A stretch of DNA of 64,000 nt from Emiliania huxleyi CCMP1516 (Eukaryota). The notes under the pieces were generated by a model that saw nothing but the letters and a program-made list of their open reading frames with translations, searched no databases and was not told where the DNA came from. Numbering within the stretch: the stretch's first letter is position 1; each line of letters opens with the position of its first letter. The translations under genes were made by a program, and so were the position numbers. Below, one piece after another: positions 38,155 to 49,700 of the stretch. The stretch is taken from positions 863,620 to 927,619 of the forward strand of contig NW_005201392.1 of the NCBI RefSeq assembly GCF_000372725.1, written 5' to 3'.

Positions 38155-38751
38155 GGGCAGCGGCAGCCTCAGTCGTCAGGGCGACACCGCGGCCCCCTGG
38201 GGACTTCCGGCTCGGGTGTGACCTCTGACCGCGGGTCGCAGAGCGGTCACGGTGTCCGACAGCAGCTCGACCCGAGCAAGCGATGACGAAGAACGAGATA
38301 GAGTTGAGATAAAGAATTTTCGCCGACGGGCCTTAGATCTAGGCGGGTGGCGGCGCGCCGTCCTCCCATCCGTCCCTTGAGTTCGATATTGGTTCTTTTT
38401 ACTCTGCTGACGATGGAGATGAGACCGCCAGTGGAGTAGGGAGTCTTCCACTGAGCACCGCGCTGCGAGCCAGTGGGACAAACTTCAGAATCGTGCTGTT
38501 TGTTGGGTTGGGTTGGGTTGTGCCTGGGTTGTGTTGTTTTTGGTTGTCGGCGCGAAGGGTGAGGGCTCGACCGCCGCCACTCACGCCAGCGGACGGCCAC
38601 CATCGGTGTTTTTGGCTTCGCCGCCGTCCAAGGCGTACGCCATGCGCTCGCCGACATCGAGCGAGCACGCCTGTCCGACGAGCGGCTTGCTGTGCGGACG
38701 CCTTCTTGTGGCTCTCGTCGAGAGCGTCTTGCGTCATTCTCGATCTCGCAC

Positions 38752-39477
38752 TCACCACCAGCTGTCCGACGGCGGAGGCTCGATCTTCGTCTCCTTTAGG
38801 AAAGCGTCGAGCGGCATCATGATCGCCGCGAACGTCTTCCACACCGCCGGCATGTCGGCCTCGACCTTGGCGGGGTCGCCGAGCGCCTTGGTGAACTCGG
38901 CGCGGTATGGGATCGTGTGGTACGCCTGCGGCGCAAGCGGGGGCAGCGGGGTGAGGCGGTGGGACGCGTGTCGCGTGGTCGGTCGGGCGTGACTTCAAAG
39001 GCGCACCGTGTTGAAGACGCCCTTCATGATCATGTTGTGGTGCATCTTGAGCCCCTTCTCGTAGCCCTTGTTGACGCAGTCGGCGAGCTCCGCCTTCGCG
39101 TCGGCGACGAGCGCCTCGAGCATCCCTTCCACCAGCAGCAACGCGCGCTTGAGCCAGAGGATCGCCAGGCACGTCGAGCCCTCGACCGCCGCCGCCGCCG
39201 CGCCCTTGGCGGCGCCGAGCTCGGCGCGGCACATCGACTGCAGCGTCGCCGTCGGCTGCGCGTCGGCGGGGAGCTTGAGCAGGTTCGCCTCGATCTTCGC
39301 GCGGTTGCCGTCGATGTCGTCCTTCACCATCCCCATCCCGTAGATGCTGTCGAAGATCTTGATCAGCTGCACGGTGGCGTCGAGGAAGAGCTTGCACGGC
39401 ACCTGCTGCCCGCTCGCGAAGGCGTCCGACTCGGCGACCGCCGCCCACTTCGGCAGCGTCTCCTCGAAGAAGCTCAT
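38752..39477 (-). CDS. Glycolipid transfer protein (GLTP family), one intron
   Basis: VKDDIDGN, LAILWLKRAL and YEKGLKMHHN are GLTP headgroup residues. Intron about 38926-39006. Confidence 0.88.
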
Positions 39478-40065
39478 CAGCGACGGGTCGCGCGGCTTGA
39501 GCTTTGCACAGAGCGGCGGCGACGGCGTGAAACAAGAAAAGCGCCCGCATTCAACCAGGCAGGACAAACACAACACAAGCCAACAGGTCACAATGAAACT
39601 CTCTCTCGAACAAAAGAATTGACGCGTGATGAGCCTGGACATTCGCAGGCCCCGGTGAATGAAACGAACGCCTCAATCACAGTCTCCCCGACCGAGGACA
39701 AGGAACTCCGAGACGGGGGACTAAGCAAGTGCCTGTGTATGTGCGTGGTGTACAGTGTCGTGTCCGCTAGCTCCGAGTGGAGGGGGCGTCCTGCACCCCG
39801 GCGACTTTTACCACTTTGTTCGTCGTGCATCGCCTCTTGATAGGGTGCCCACAGGGCCCAAAAAAAGAAAGGAAAAAAGAAATGGGTGACCCCCGATCGC
39901 AGCACTTCGTGTTGGCCAGTCGAGAAATTGAGAGTGTGACTAGGAGGGTGGGACGCTGGGGATTCTCAAAGGTATACCCTTGGAATGGCCGGATCCAGCC
40001 TTAAAAGTACGAGATCGCGCGCGCTTCGCACGCTGCACCGCCTAGGCGGCGGCGGCAGAGAAGCA

Positions 40066-40821
40066 GCGGCGGCTGGAGTCGGCCGCACGGGAGCAGGACG
40101 CGGAGCTCCGCGCCGCGGCGGACGACCGGCAGAAGCTGCTGCACGAGATTGCCCTCTTGCGGAGCGAGGCTGAGGGGATGAGGATCGACGTCACGGCGGC
40201 GCGAGAGGAGGCGGAGCGGGTGAGGCACGACGCGGAGCTCAAGATGACACAGGTGCGCCTGTCGGCCACTGCCATCGACGACGAGCGGCGCCGGCTGGAG
40301 CTAGAAGTGCAAAAGGCACAGCGCGGCGGCGTGGAGGCGAAGAAGCGGTGCAAGGAGCAGGCGAGCGAGCTCAGCAGCGGATTCCGAGCCGTGAAGACGA
40401 CGGTTTGTTCACACTTGTTCCCAGCGAATAGGCGACCGAGCTCACCTCCCTGTACGCGGAGATTGACCGGCTGAAGGACCACATCGGCTGGCTCACCAAA
40501 CAGACGAGGGCGAAATCGACCCACGCCTCGAGGGGCTGGAGGGTGGCAGAGAGCCCCGATTGGCAAAACACGCCGCCGCGCTCGCCCTCCCCGCCACCAA
40601 GTGCAAATTCCGGCCAGAACGGGACAGAGCCCCGCAACAACGGCGTGGAGCCCCGGATCGGCGTGCGGGCAAGCAGTAGACCCGCCTCGAGGTCTGCGAC
40701 TCCGCCCCGGCGCTACGTGAGCCCGCCTCGCCAGCGCGGAACTTCGCCGCCGCCTTGGATCCCCACCGGCGTCAAAGACACGATCTCGAACGTCGAGTGG
40801 GTGAAGCCGGTCCTGACTTGA
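40066..40821 (+). CDS. 3' exons of a coiled-coil protein with an SR/Pro-rich tail; 5' end not found (possibly truncated)
   Basis: Heptad-like frame joined by a GC-AG intron (about 40361-40431) to LTSLYAEIDRLKDHIGWL...VEWVKPVLT*. Confidence 0.45.
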
Positions 40822-41154
40822 AGGGGGTGGAGGGTGGACGGGCAGTAGCCGTCGACATGCTGAGAGGATGGGCGGCCGGGGTGAAAAAGACGGTACTGCA
40901 GGTCACTTGTGTCCCTGCAGCTGCATGGAGGGTCGCACAGAGTTTTGATCTCTCACCCCGGACTCTGTGGCGCGTCCCATGTCCCAATTGATGGCCCAAC
41001 ATATTTACGGACGCGACTCGTTGATATAACAGAACACTGACATGCATGTGTGCGTGTGACGTAAAATGATGTCCACATTATCCAGATAGAGGAGAGAACC
41101 TGCGGCAATCCCCTCGAGGGTTTCGTTCTGCGTGCGCGTGATATGCAAAAACGC

Positions 41155-43758
41155 TCAGCTGGCCTCCGCTGCGGCCTGCACCGCCGCACGCGTCAGAGCC
41201 TCCACCGCCGCCCAGTCCCGCTTGGCCACCGCCTCTGCCGGCACGAGCCATGTCCCTCCGGCGGCAAACACACCTGGCAGCGAGAGGTACGAGGGCAAAT
41301 TCGCCTGTGTCACGCCGCCGGTCGGCATGAACCGCACGTCCTTGTATGGCCCGCCGAGCGCCTTGAGCGCCGCCGCGCCGCCGCTCGCCTTGGCCGGAAG
41401 AGCGTACCGTGAGAGGGAGGGGAATGTGCGACTCTGGGACTCTCACAGTGGACGGAGAATCGGGGCGAGTGCCGGAAATGTACATCTCGGCAGCGGCAGA
41501 TCTCGCCTCGGCCGGGAAGAACTTGAGGTGTGTCAGCCCGAGCTCGAGCGCGGCCTCGATCTCGCTCGCTGTGGCGCACCCCGGCACGATTGGCACACCG
41601 CGCTGCGTCGCCCATTCGACGACGCGCGGGTTGGTGCCTGGGGAGATGTGGGGAGATGTGGGGAGATGTGGGGAGAGATGGCGAGATCACCGCATCTAGC
41701 ACTCGATGTATGGTGAGATGTGGTGAGATGTGTGGAGATCGCCGCGGTGCCTGGCGAGACGAGGAACGACGCGCCGGCGGCGACGGCCTGCTCGGCCTGC
41801 TCTGCCGAGAGGACCGTGCCTGCCCCCACCGCCATCTCGGGCACCTTCGATGCGATCAGCCGGAGGGCCTGCATCGCGGACGGCGTGCGCAAGACCAGCT
41901 CCATCACGTCGACCCCTCCCCGCAGCAGCGCGCGAGCGACCGGCTCCGCGGCTTCCGGCGAAGCGAGCGAGACGACCGGAACCAGCCGCGTGCGACCAAA
42001 CCGCTCGAAAACCGACGCCGCCGCCGCGTGGAAGGGCGCGAACCGCTGCGGCGGCGCCGCGCCCGACGCCCCCTCCCCGCCCCCACCGGCCACCACGCCG
42101 CCGCCGCCGGCCCCGCTCGCGTTCAGCTGCGCCGTCACGCCCGCCCACCTCGCCTCCGCCGCCCTCAGCGCCCCGCCGCTCACGTCGGACAGGTCGCCGA
42201 ATCGAGCCATCGACAGCGCCGCGAGCAGGTCGCCTCGGCGGCAGGCGCGGGCGATCGCCGCCCGAGAGCTGGCCGCCTCGCCCCTCCAGCCCTCCCCCGC
42301 GTCGAGGAGGCCGTGGAGGAAGCCAGCCACCCACGCGTCCCCCCCTCCCAGCGCCTCGCGCGGCCGGTGGACCTGAGAGGTGCATCACAGCCAGGGGTGC
42401 GAGGCTACTGCGTACAGGGAATACGCCGCAAGCTGTCCGTTCTCGACTGTCCGTCTACGGCGGCAGCACCGTCGACTACGAGTGCTGGTTCCATCTGTGT
42501 TCCGCATCTGTGTTCCGCAGACCACGGGCGTGTCGCCCGTCGACACCTCGCCCGCCGCCGTCGCCACAACCGACCAGCGCACCACGCCGCCGCCGCCGAA
42601 GAGCGTGTTCTTGTGTTCTTGAGTGTCCTTGAGCCCGCCGCTCGCCGCCTCGCGTGGCGCGGCGGCCCGCTTGAAGCAGCAGCCGAGCAGAGGGACGCCC
42701 CACCTAGAAGGTTCCTAGACGGTTCCTAGACGGTTCCTAGACGGTTCCTAGAAGGTTCCTAGAAGAGCAGAGGGACGCCCCACCTCTGGCGAAGGGACGA
42801 GAGCGCGGCCGCCTGCGAAGCATGTTCCGCCCCTTCCCCAGGCCAGACGCCCTCCCGCTCCGCGAGCCTGCAGAAGCAAGGAGTCCACGAATGTCGGGGC
42901 GACGGATCTCGTCATCTCTCGGCGCATCGCGTCGCATCTCAGCGCATCTCGGCGCATCTCGCAGCCTGCGCAGCGAGTCCTCCGAGAGCATCAGCAGAGT
43001 GACGGCCCGCGCGGCGACGTGTGGCTGCACGAGCGCCCACAGCTCCTCGAGCGAGCCTGCTCACGGGTGCGCTGTGGGTGGCGCCCCTTCACACCTCGGA
43101 GCGGCGCGCTTCGCGAGCCGAGCGCGGGGCGGTGATTAAAGTCGAGGCTGACGTCGCAGCCGTCTGTCGCCGCCGCCGCCTCCAACGCGGTCGACCACGC
43201 CGCCGCCGGACCGGGCCCGAGCAGCGGCGTAATGCCTGTCACGTGAAGCCACTTTGCAGGCGAGAGGAGAGACGGCCAGTCGAAGGTGTCACCGCTTGCT
43301 ACGGTAGCAAAGGCCGAGTGGTGGCGCTGGTAGTGCGGCCGCGGGCCAGAGCCGTCGTCGACGACGTGAAGCGTCCCGAGGACGGAGTGCGGCGACCCGT
43401 CGACCACGACGTTTTCCGTCGCCACGCCAGAGGCCTCTGCGGCCGATCTGACGGCGTCCCCAAGCGGCCCGTGCGGAAGCACAGAGACGTATGACGCTAT
43501 CGGGGCCGCGGAGACGCGAGACAGCGCGACGGCGACGTTCAGCTCCGCTCCTCCGACCGCCTGCACCACCTCGGCGGCCGGCGCGGCGAGCGGCAGCGCC
43601 ACGTGAACCGGCGTGGCCGGACGGGGCTTGAAGGTCATGACCGCCTCGCCGAAGGCGACGAGCGCGGAGTGGGCGGCGGTGCAGTTTGTGGCGGAGTGGG
43701 CGGCGGCCACGCGAAGGCCACCGCACAGCACGGCAGTCGCGAGCGAGCGCTTGTGCAT
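41155..43758 (-). CDS. kdgK-eda: Bifunctional 2-keto-3-deoxygluconate kinase (PfkB) / KDPG aldolase fusion
   Basis: PfkB motifs: AFGE, GGAELNVA, HVTGITP, DFNHRP, GGGDAW. Eda motifs: VMELVLRT, VGAGTV, FLVSPG, LKFFPAE, FMPTGG. Confidence 0.88.
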
Positions 43759-44000
43759 GGTCGCAGAGCAAGGCGTGCTCTGTCGAGTCGGGAAGCGACA
43801 GCGCGCAACAGGATTTGTCCCTGGCACAACGCTGCGCGCGCTGCGGGCGCTGCCAGTGGGCCAGCTGGGGGGGCAGGCCGCTGGTACTCGAGTAGGACAG
43901 TGACCGCCGCAAACCCTGTGTTTTGCTCCAAGGGATTTCGGATATTTTTTGTAGGCACCGGAACGCCGCATGTGCGCGTAACGAACAACATAAATCTCTC

Positions 44001-44384
44001 GTAACGACGCTGTGCTAGAGATGCCTTTCGGGGCCCAGAGATAAAACTTCTGCTGCCATGCGTGACCTGATCCTACCTAGTAGTGTCCCCAGCTATGGGC
44101 GTGTCCACGTTGGACGGTTGGAGCCAGCCAAGTGCGGCGAAATCCGGTCCATCAAATCTCTCTCTCTTCGGGGCCGTTACCGCCTGGTAACGCCGAAGAG
44201 ATCGGTCGGTCGGGTGGGTGGGTTGGTCTCCGCCGCACTCCCGCCGCCTCCAGCCAGCCTGCGGTCCAGCCCTGACCCGACGGGGACGCCACCACCCTCG
44301 TTCAACGCCTTTAGAGAGATTTTTGAAACCAACAAGCAATCGCGACTACCACTTATCTCTTAAGTAAGTAAGTAAGTAAGTAAG
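44001..44384 (+). mobile_element. Dispersed repeat copy 2 followed by a segment ending in (TAAG)6, probable retroelement 3' end
   Basis: Matches 18540-18647; taag tandem tail at 44361-44384. Confidence 0.5.
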
Positions 44385-44697
44385 GCACCGACTGCAATTC
44401 ATGTAAACGAGCGAGCGAGCGTCTTCCGCCTTCTCTCCCGCGTTACGCTGACTCCTTCATGTCACCTTTACGCTGAAAATGCGTTTCGCTTAACATGGAT
44501 GGGGTGTAGAAAAAGAGGAAACGACTGGCGGGAAGCGGGTCAGTGAGTACCGGCCGGGCTTCCAACAAGTTTGGAACCGCCCGCCACGCAATCTCGCCCG
44601 CCCCTGCGATCGGCCAAAATCGCCCCACACAACTCGAGCATCGGCCCGTGATCTGTCCGGTGCGCGTGCGGTCGGTGCCGTGGAGGCGTCGGCTCAA

Positions 44698-46479
44698 ATG
44701 CAAACTCACGACTTCATCTGCGACGAGCGCCTCGACTGCGGCGGCACCATCTCGCCCGTGCTGAACGAAAAGTATGAGTTGCTCGGTGACGAAACCATCG
44801 GTGCAGGATCCTTCGGCAAAGTGTACAGGGCGAGGTCGCGGGCTGAGGGCAGCATCGTTGCCGTCAAGAAAACCGAGCTCAACGCTGGAGACAATGGAAT
44901 ATCCGTTTACACGCTGCGAGAGGTGCCATTCCTCCATCGCTCTCGCAAGTCAAAGCCTTCCGCCTTCCGCAAACGCAAAACAGGTGCCCTAAACGCGCCG
45001 TTCCTCCCGCAGGTGGCGCTTCTAAAGAACCTCATTCACCCGAACGTTGTGCGAATGCAGGCGCTGCCCGCGACCCCTCCCCAAGCGTTGCACAATCCCT
45101 CAAGCCCTTTTCGACCGTGCGCATGCAGGAGTTCTTGGAATGCCGCGAGCAGGAGGAGATGTATCTCATATTCGAGTATCTAGACGAAGACCTCGCCAAA
45201 TGCCTCGAGACAAAGTTCCAAGACGGGATGCCCGCGGAGCTCGTCAAGTCTTGCACCATGCAGGCGCGTGCGTACACCTGTGAGGATCCGAGAGCAGGAG
45301 GGGATTACAAGAGCGCTCTGGTACCTCAGCCCGCTGCGCACCCCTCCTGATCGCGCCTCAGATCCTGCGCGGGCTCGCCGCTTGCCACGCGAGGCGCATT
45401 CTGCACCGCGACCTCAAGCCGCACAACGTCCTCATCCGCGAGGACGGGAGCGTCAAGGTTGCCGACTTTGGTCTCGCACGCACCGAGATGAGTTTCTCGC
45501 TCAACGCGCGCCGAGATGAGGTGTACACCAATGAGGTTGTGACACTCTATTACCGTGCGCCAGAGCTGCTTCTCGGCGCAACGGTACGCGCCCCCCCCCC
45601 CACCACCAACTGAGACACACGCCCTTCGCTCACCTTCCTCAACATGCCTCCAAGCTGCTGCTCCTCAGCGATTCCTTCAATCGCAGGAGTATGGTCCGTC
45701 CGTCGACATCTGGTCTGTGGGTTGCATCTTCTCGGAGCTCTCGTCGCATCGCCCCCTCTTCGAAGGGTCGTCACCGATCGAAATGCTTGCCAAGATCTTC
45801 CAGCTGGTTGGCACGCCGCACGAATCCCACGGAAAATCCCTGCTCACGCTGCCAGGGGCGGGGCAACTGGATTTCGGAAAGTTCCCGCGTTGGCAGCCAA
45901 AGAGCGTCCGCGAGGTGCAAAGCAACCGGCTCGAGGCGCTCGCCAAGGGCACATCGCCAGGCGGGCGGGCCTGCTTTCACGCGCCTTCCTAGCCGCCTTG
46001 GCATGTATTAGGCGTCCGCCTTGCCGCTGCTCGCGCGCTTTCTCGCCCTCGAGCCCGGCATGCGGCCTTCCGCCGAAGAGGCGCTGCAAGACCCTTACTT
46101 CGCCTCTCAGCGCTTTCTGCCACGGCCAACCCCTCTCTCCTCGTACCTCAAACCCGACGACACGGAGGATGGGCCAGCGTCGGCGTCACCTGCTGCTAGC
46201 GACTTCGACGACCTCGACGAGGAGCTTGTCCTGTTCACCCCCACCGGGCCCCCCAAACGCGCCACCTCCCCTCCTGCCACTGCGGTCGAGCAAAGGGCGC
46301 AGCAGAGGAGCTCGCAGGGACTCGAGGCGTCGGCAGGACGGTCGCAGGAGGCTGAAGATCGCGACCTGGCGCACGGCATCGCTGAGCTCCGAGCGCCACA
46401 ACCAATCAACGGCTCGTCTGCCCAGTGCACGCCGCCGCGCCGCCGCCCGGCTAAGCGCGGCCGCACGAGCCCGGCATGA
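44698..46479 (+). CDS. Cyclin-dependent kinase-like protein, multi-exon
   Basis: [22 protein letters not shown] (PSTAIRE position); [37 protein letters not shown]. Confidence 0.9.
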
Positions 46480-46778
46480 TTCTCCTGTGAGGCATCACAT
46501 TCTCTCCCATGACATGGCCGTGAAGCATGATGCGCGAGGCACATGCACTGTGTGGACGAGAGCGGGAGAGACCAGAGAGATTTTGGCGCATGCAGCTAGT
46601 ACATGTATACAGCGCTGCATCATTCCGCAATATGTCGAGAGGGCCCCCTATGACACTCACTGACACATGGTCGACACACTCTCGATTGTTGCCTCCATCG
46701 GAGGGTCAGAGATGGAATCGCGCCACGCCGCAGCCGCTGGCTGGGTGTGGGCCGGTCTCAGGCGTTGGCCCGAGGCCA

Positions 46779-49700
46779 TCAGAGTAGAACGAGGTTCTCC
46801 TCCTGAAGGTGGTACATAAGGTAGCAGACAACGGAGCGATAAGGATGCCAGCCCTTGGCCTCAGCCAGTGCGTCGATGAGGTTGCGGTTTTTCGCGGTGT
46901 CGTCAAAGTCGGCCTGTGACTGGAGCAGCGTCTCAGACTCCTCCAAGTGGCCGATCTCGTACAGGTCGTTGAGGTAGTTTCGGATCGTCAGGTCGCCGTA
47001 GAGCATCACGTTGGCGCGTTGCAGAAAGTGCATGAGCACGCCGCCCGCGCTCCAGTTGCCGATGCCCTTCAGCGACTCGAGCATCCGCGCAGCCTCGCGG
47101 TCGGACGCCGCCGCCATCTTGGCCCCGCTGATCTTGCCGCTCTTGAAGTCGGCCACGAGCGAGATCAAGAAGTCCGCCTTGGCGCGAGAGTACGCGGCGC
47201 TCACCGGCTCGCCCTCGCCCGCCGCATGCGCCCGCGCCTTTTGCAGGAAGAGCTCGTGGTCGTCGTTCTTGCCGCAGGGGAATGAGTCGCCTAGGCCACG
47301 GCTCCTCAGTCTTAGCAAGGGCGCGCACGCCATGTGAAGTGTGTGCCTGTGCTCACCGCACAAGTGGGGGTAGCCCGTCTGCTTGCCCTTGATCTTCTCG
47401 CAGCTGGCGATGAGGGGCGCAACCAGCTCAGGCGTGAACAGGAAGCCGCTGGTGTTGTGCTTGCCCGTGAGCATCAGCTTGTGCAAGTTGTCGGCGCCGT
47501 TGGTGTCCTCACCGCTGTCGATCAGCTCGCGCACCGTCCGATCGAGCAAGCTGGCGCGGTCGTCAGCCCCCATCCGCTCGATGGCGACGCCCACCTTCAT
47601 CGCGAGCCTGCGCAGGAAGGCGTTGCCCGCGTCGACGCTGACCATCGTGAAGGTGATCGCGCGCACGCACTTGTCGAAGAGGCGCGCCTGCGTCGGCGGC
47701 CGTGGCGTGCCAATCTCGTTCTCGAGAGCCGCGGCCCCCACGCGTGCGATCAGTGCCGCGAGCTTCGGGTCCTTGGATAGGTGCACGACCGCCTTGTGGA
47801 TCACCTCGCGCGTGAGCACGAGAGGCGGTGTCGTGTCGTCAAAACGGAGCGGCGAGTCCTTGGCGAGCGGCTTTTTGCCGCCCGCCGCGACCTGGGCGCG
47901 TGGCGCCTTTGGCGGAAAGAGCCAACGCCGCACCGCCAGCGACGCCTTGCCCTCCTTTGCGAGCGCCTTGGCCTGCGCAATCGCGAGCGGGTCGCCCTTG
48001 TTGACCTTGACCTTGTTGCGCGGCGCATACTTCGGCGCCTCTTCCTCCTCCTCCCCCTCGTAATCCTCGTCGCTGCCATCACTGCCGTCGTCAGCCTCGG
48101 CCGCCGAAGCTTGCTCGTCGGCGCTTCCCTTCTTGGCTCCTCCACGCCGCGCCCGCTGGCCGACCCCGCCGCCGCTCGCCACAGCCTTCCCTCCGACTCC
48201 CCTCGCGCGCTTTGCTGGTGCCTCCTCCTCCTCCTCCTCCTCCGCCGCCGCCGCCGCCGCCGCCGCCGGTGCTGCCCCCTCCTGTGAGCTGCAAGCTGCA
48301 AACGCGCCCGTCTGGCCAGCCTCGGCGAGCGAGCGCGCCCAAGCGTCGCGGACGGTGAATCGCTTGAGCTTTCCGCTGCCGCCAGCCGCAAGCGTTGCCT
48401 ATTCCAGGCACACGGATGGAGACGCCGATTCCTCTGCGTAGAGGCTCCGCGGGGCGCCTCGCCTCGAGGTCAATGCGCTCACGGTAGCGCGTGGCGACGG
48501 GAGCAATGTACTCGCGGAAAAAGTTGCCCGCGAGGCGAATGTTGGCGAACTTCGCCTCCTCGACGGTATGCTCTGCCATGAGCACGACAAGCACCAACTG
48601 CTTCGACGCCTGGCCCGGCCGGTCCACGCGGCCCTTCATCTGCTCGAGGTGATCGCCCGGCGTCGGACGGCAGACAATGGCGTCGGCGTGCCCCTGCATG
48701 TTGATGCCCTGCCCCTCGACCGACTTGACCGCGACGATGACGCCGCCGCCGCCCTTCTTCTTCTTCGAGGCGTCGCCCTCCTTGAGAGCAGCGCGGCCCG
48801 AAGTGGCGATGGTCTCCGCTGCGACGTCGGACCACATCCGCGCGGCGATCCCGTGCGCCTGGAGCACCTTGAGGAGATGCGCCGCCTCAGGGGCCGTGTC
48901 GGCGAACACGAGGGGCCGTCGTTTCTGCCGGAGCAGCTTTGCGCACTCCTTGGCGAACGCCTCGCCCATCACCGAAGTGGAGGCATACGACGCCGGACCC
49001 TCCTCGCGGCCCTCGTACACCTCCCTCAAAAAGCACTCGAGCTCGGTATAGAGCTTGCGCCCGTCCGCCTCGCCCGTGTTCTGCTGCTTGCGCTGGAAGG
49101 CGGCGATGATGCCACGGTAGCGCTGCAGCTGCGCCGCAGGCAGCTGCACAGGCTCGCCGCGCATCGTCCACGTGCGGTCCGTCTCCGGGACCTGTATATG
49201 GCAGCGGCGAAATCGGATGGTGCAAGGTGCGCTTTTGGAAGGGGGGGGGGGGGGGGGGGCGCACCTGGCAGACGATGTGCTCATGGATGGTGGCGGGCAG
49301 CCACTCCATCGTGCGTGGCAGCGGCGTGCGAAGCATCCGGATCATGTAGAAGAGCGCCGAATACTTGGAGCGGAAGAAGGTGGCCGAGAGCATGAGCACG
49401 CCAAACAAGCTGACCTCGATCTGCCGCCAGGCGGAGGGGCACCGTTTCGCGTCGGCGTTCTGGACCGAGAGGCACTCGTCGATGACGACAAAGTCCCACG
49501 CCGCCTGACGCACGAACGGGTGCTCGCACACTCGGTCGAGCGTCGAGATGACCAGCGAGTTACCATCGACCGGCGGGTTGTAGTGACCGTAGGTGAGCGA
49601 GAAGAGCCGGCCGTCCTCGCGCTGCTCGATGACGTGAAAGTTGCGCGTGTGCGTCGCAATCTCCAGAAGCCACTCCTTGACCAACGCCTTCTTCTCCATC

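Noticed and set aside
33014..43758. Carbohydrate-metabolism gene cluster (methyltransferase, GH5, GLTP, kdgK-eda, all on minus)
   Set aside because: The substrates do not form one pathway; co-location is plausibly chance.
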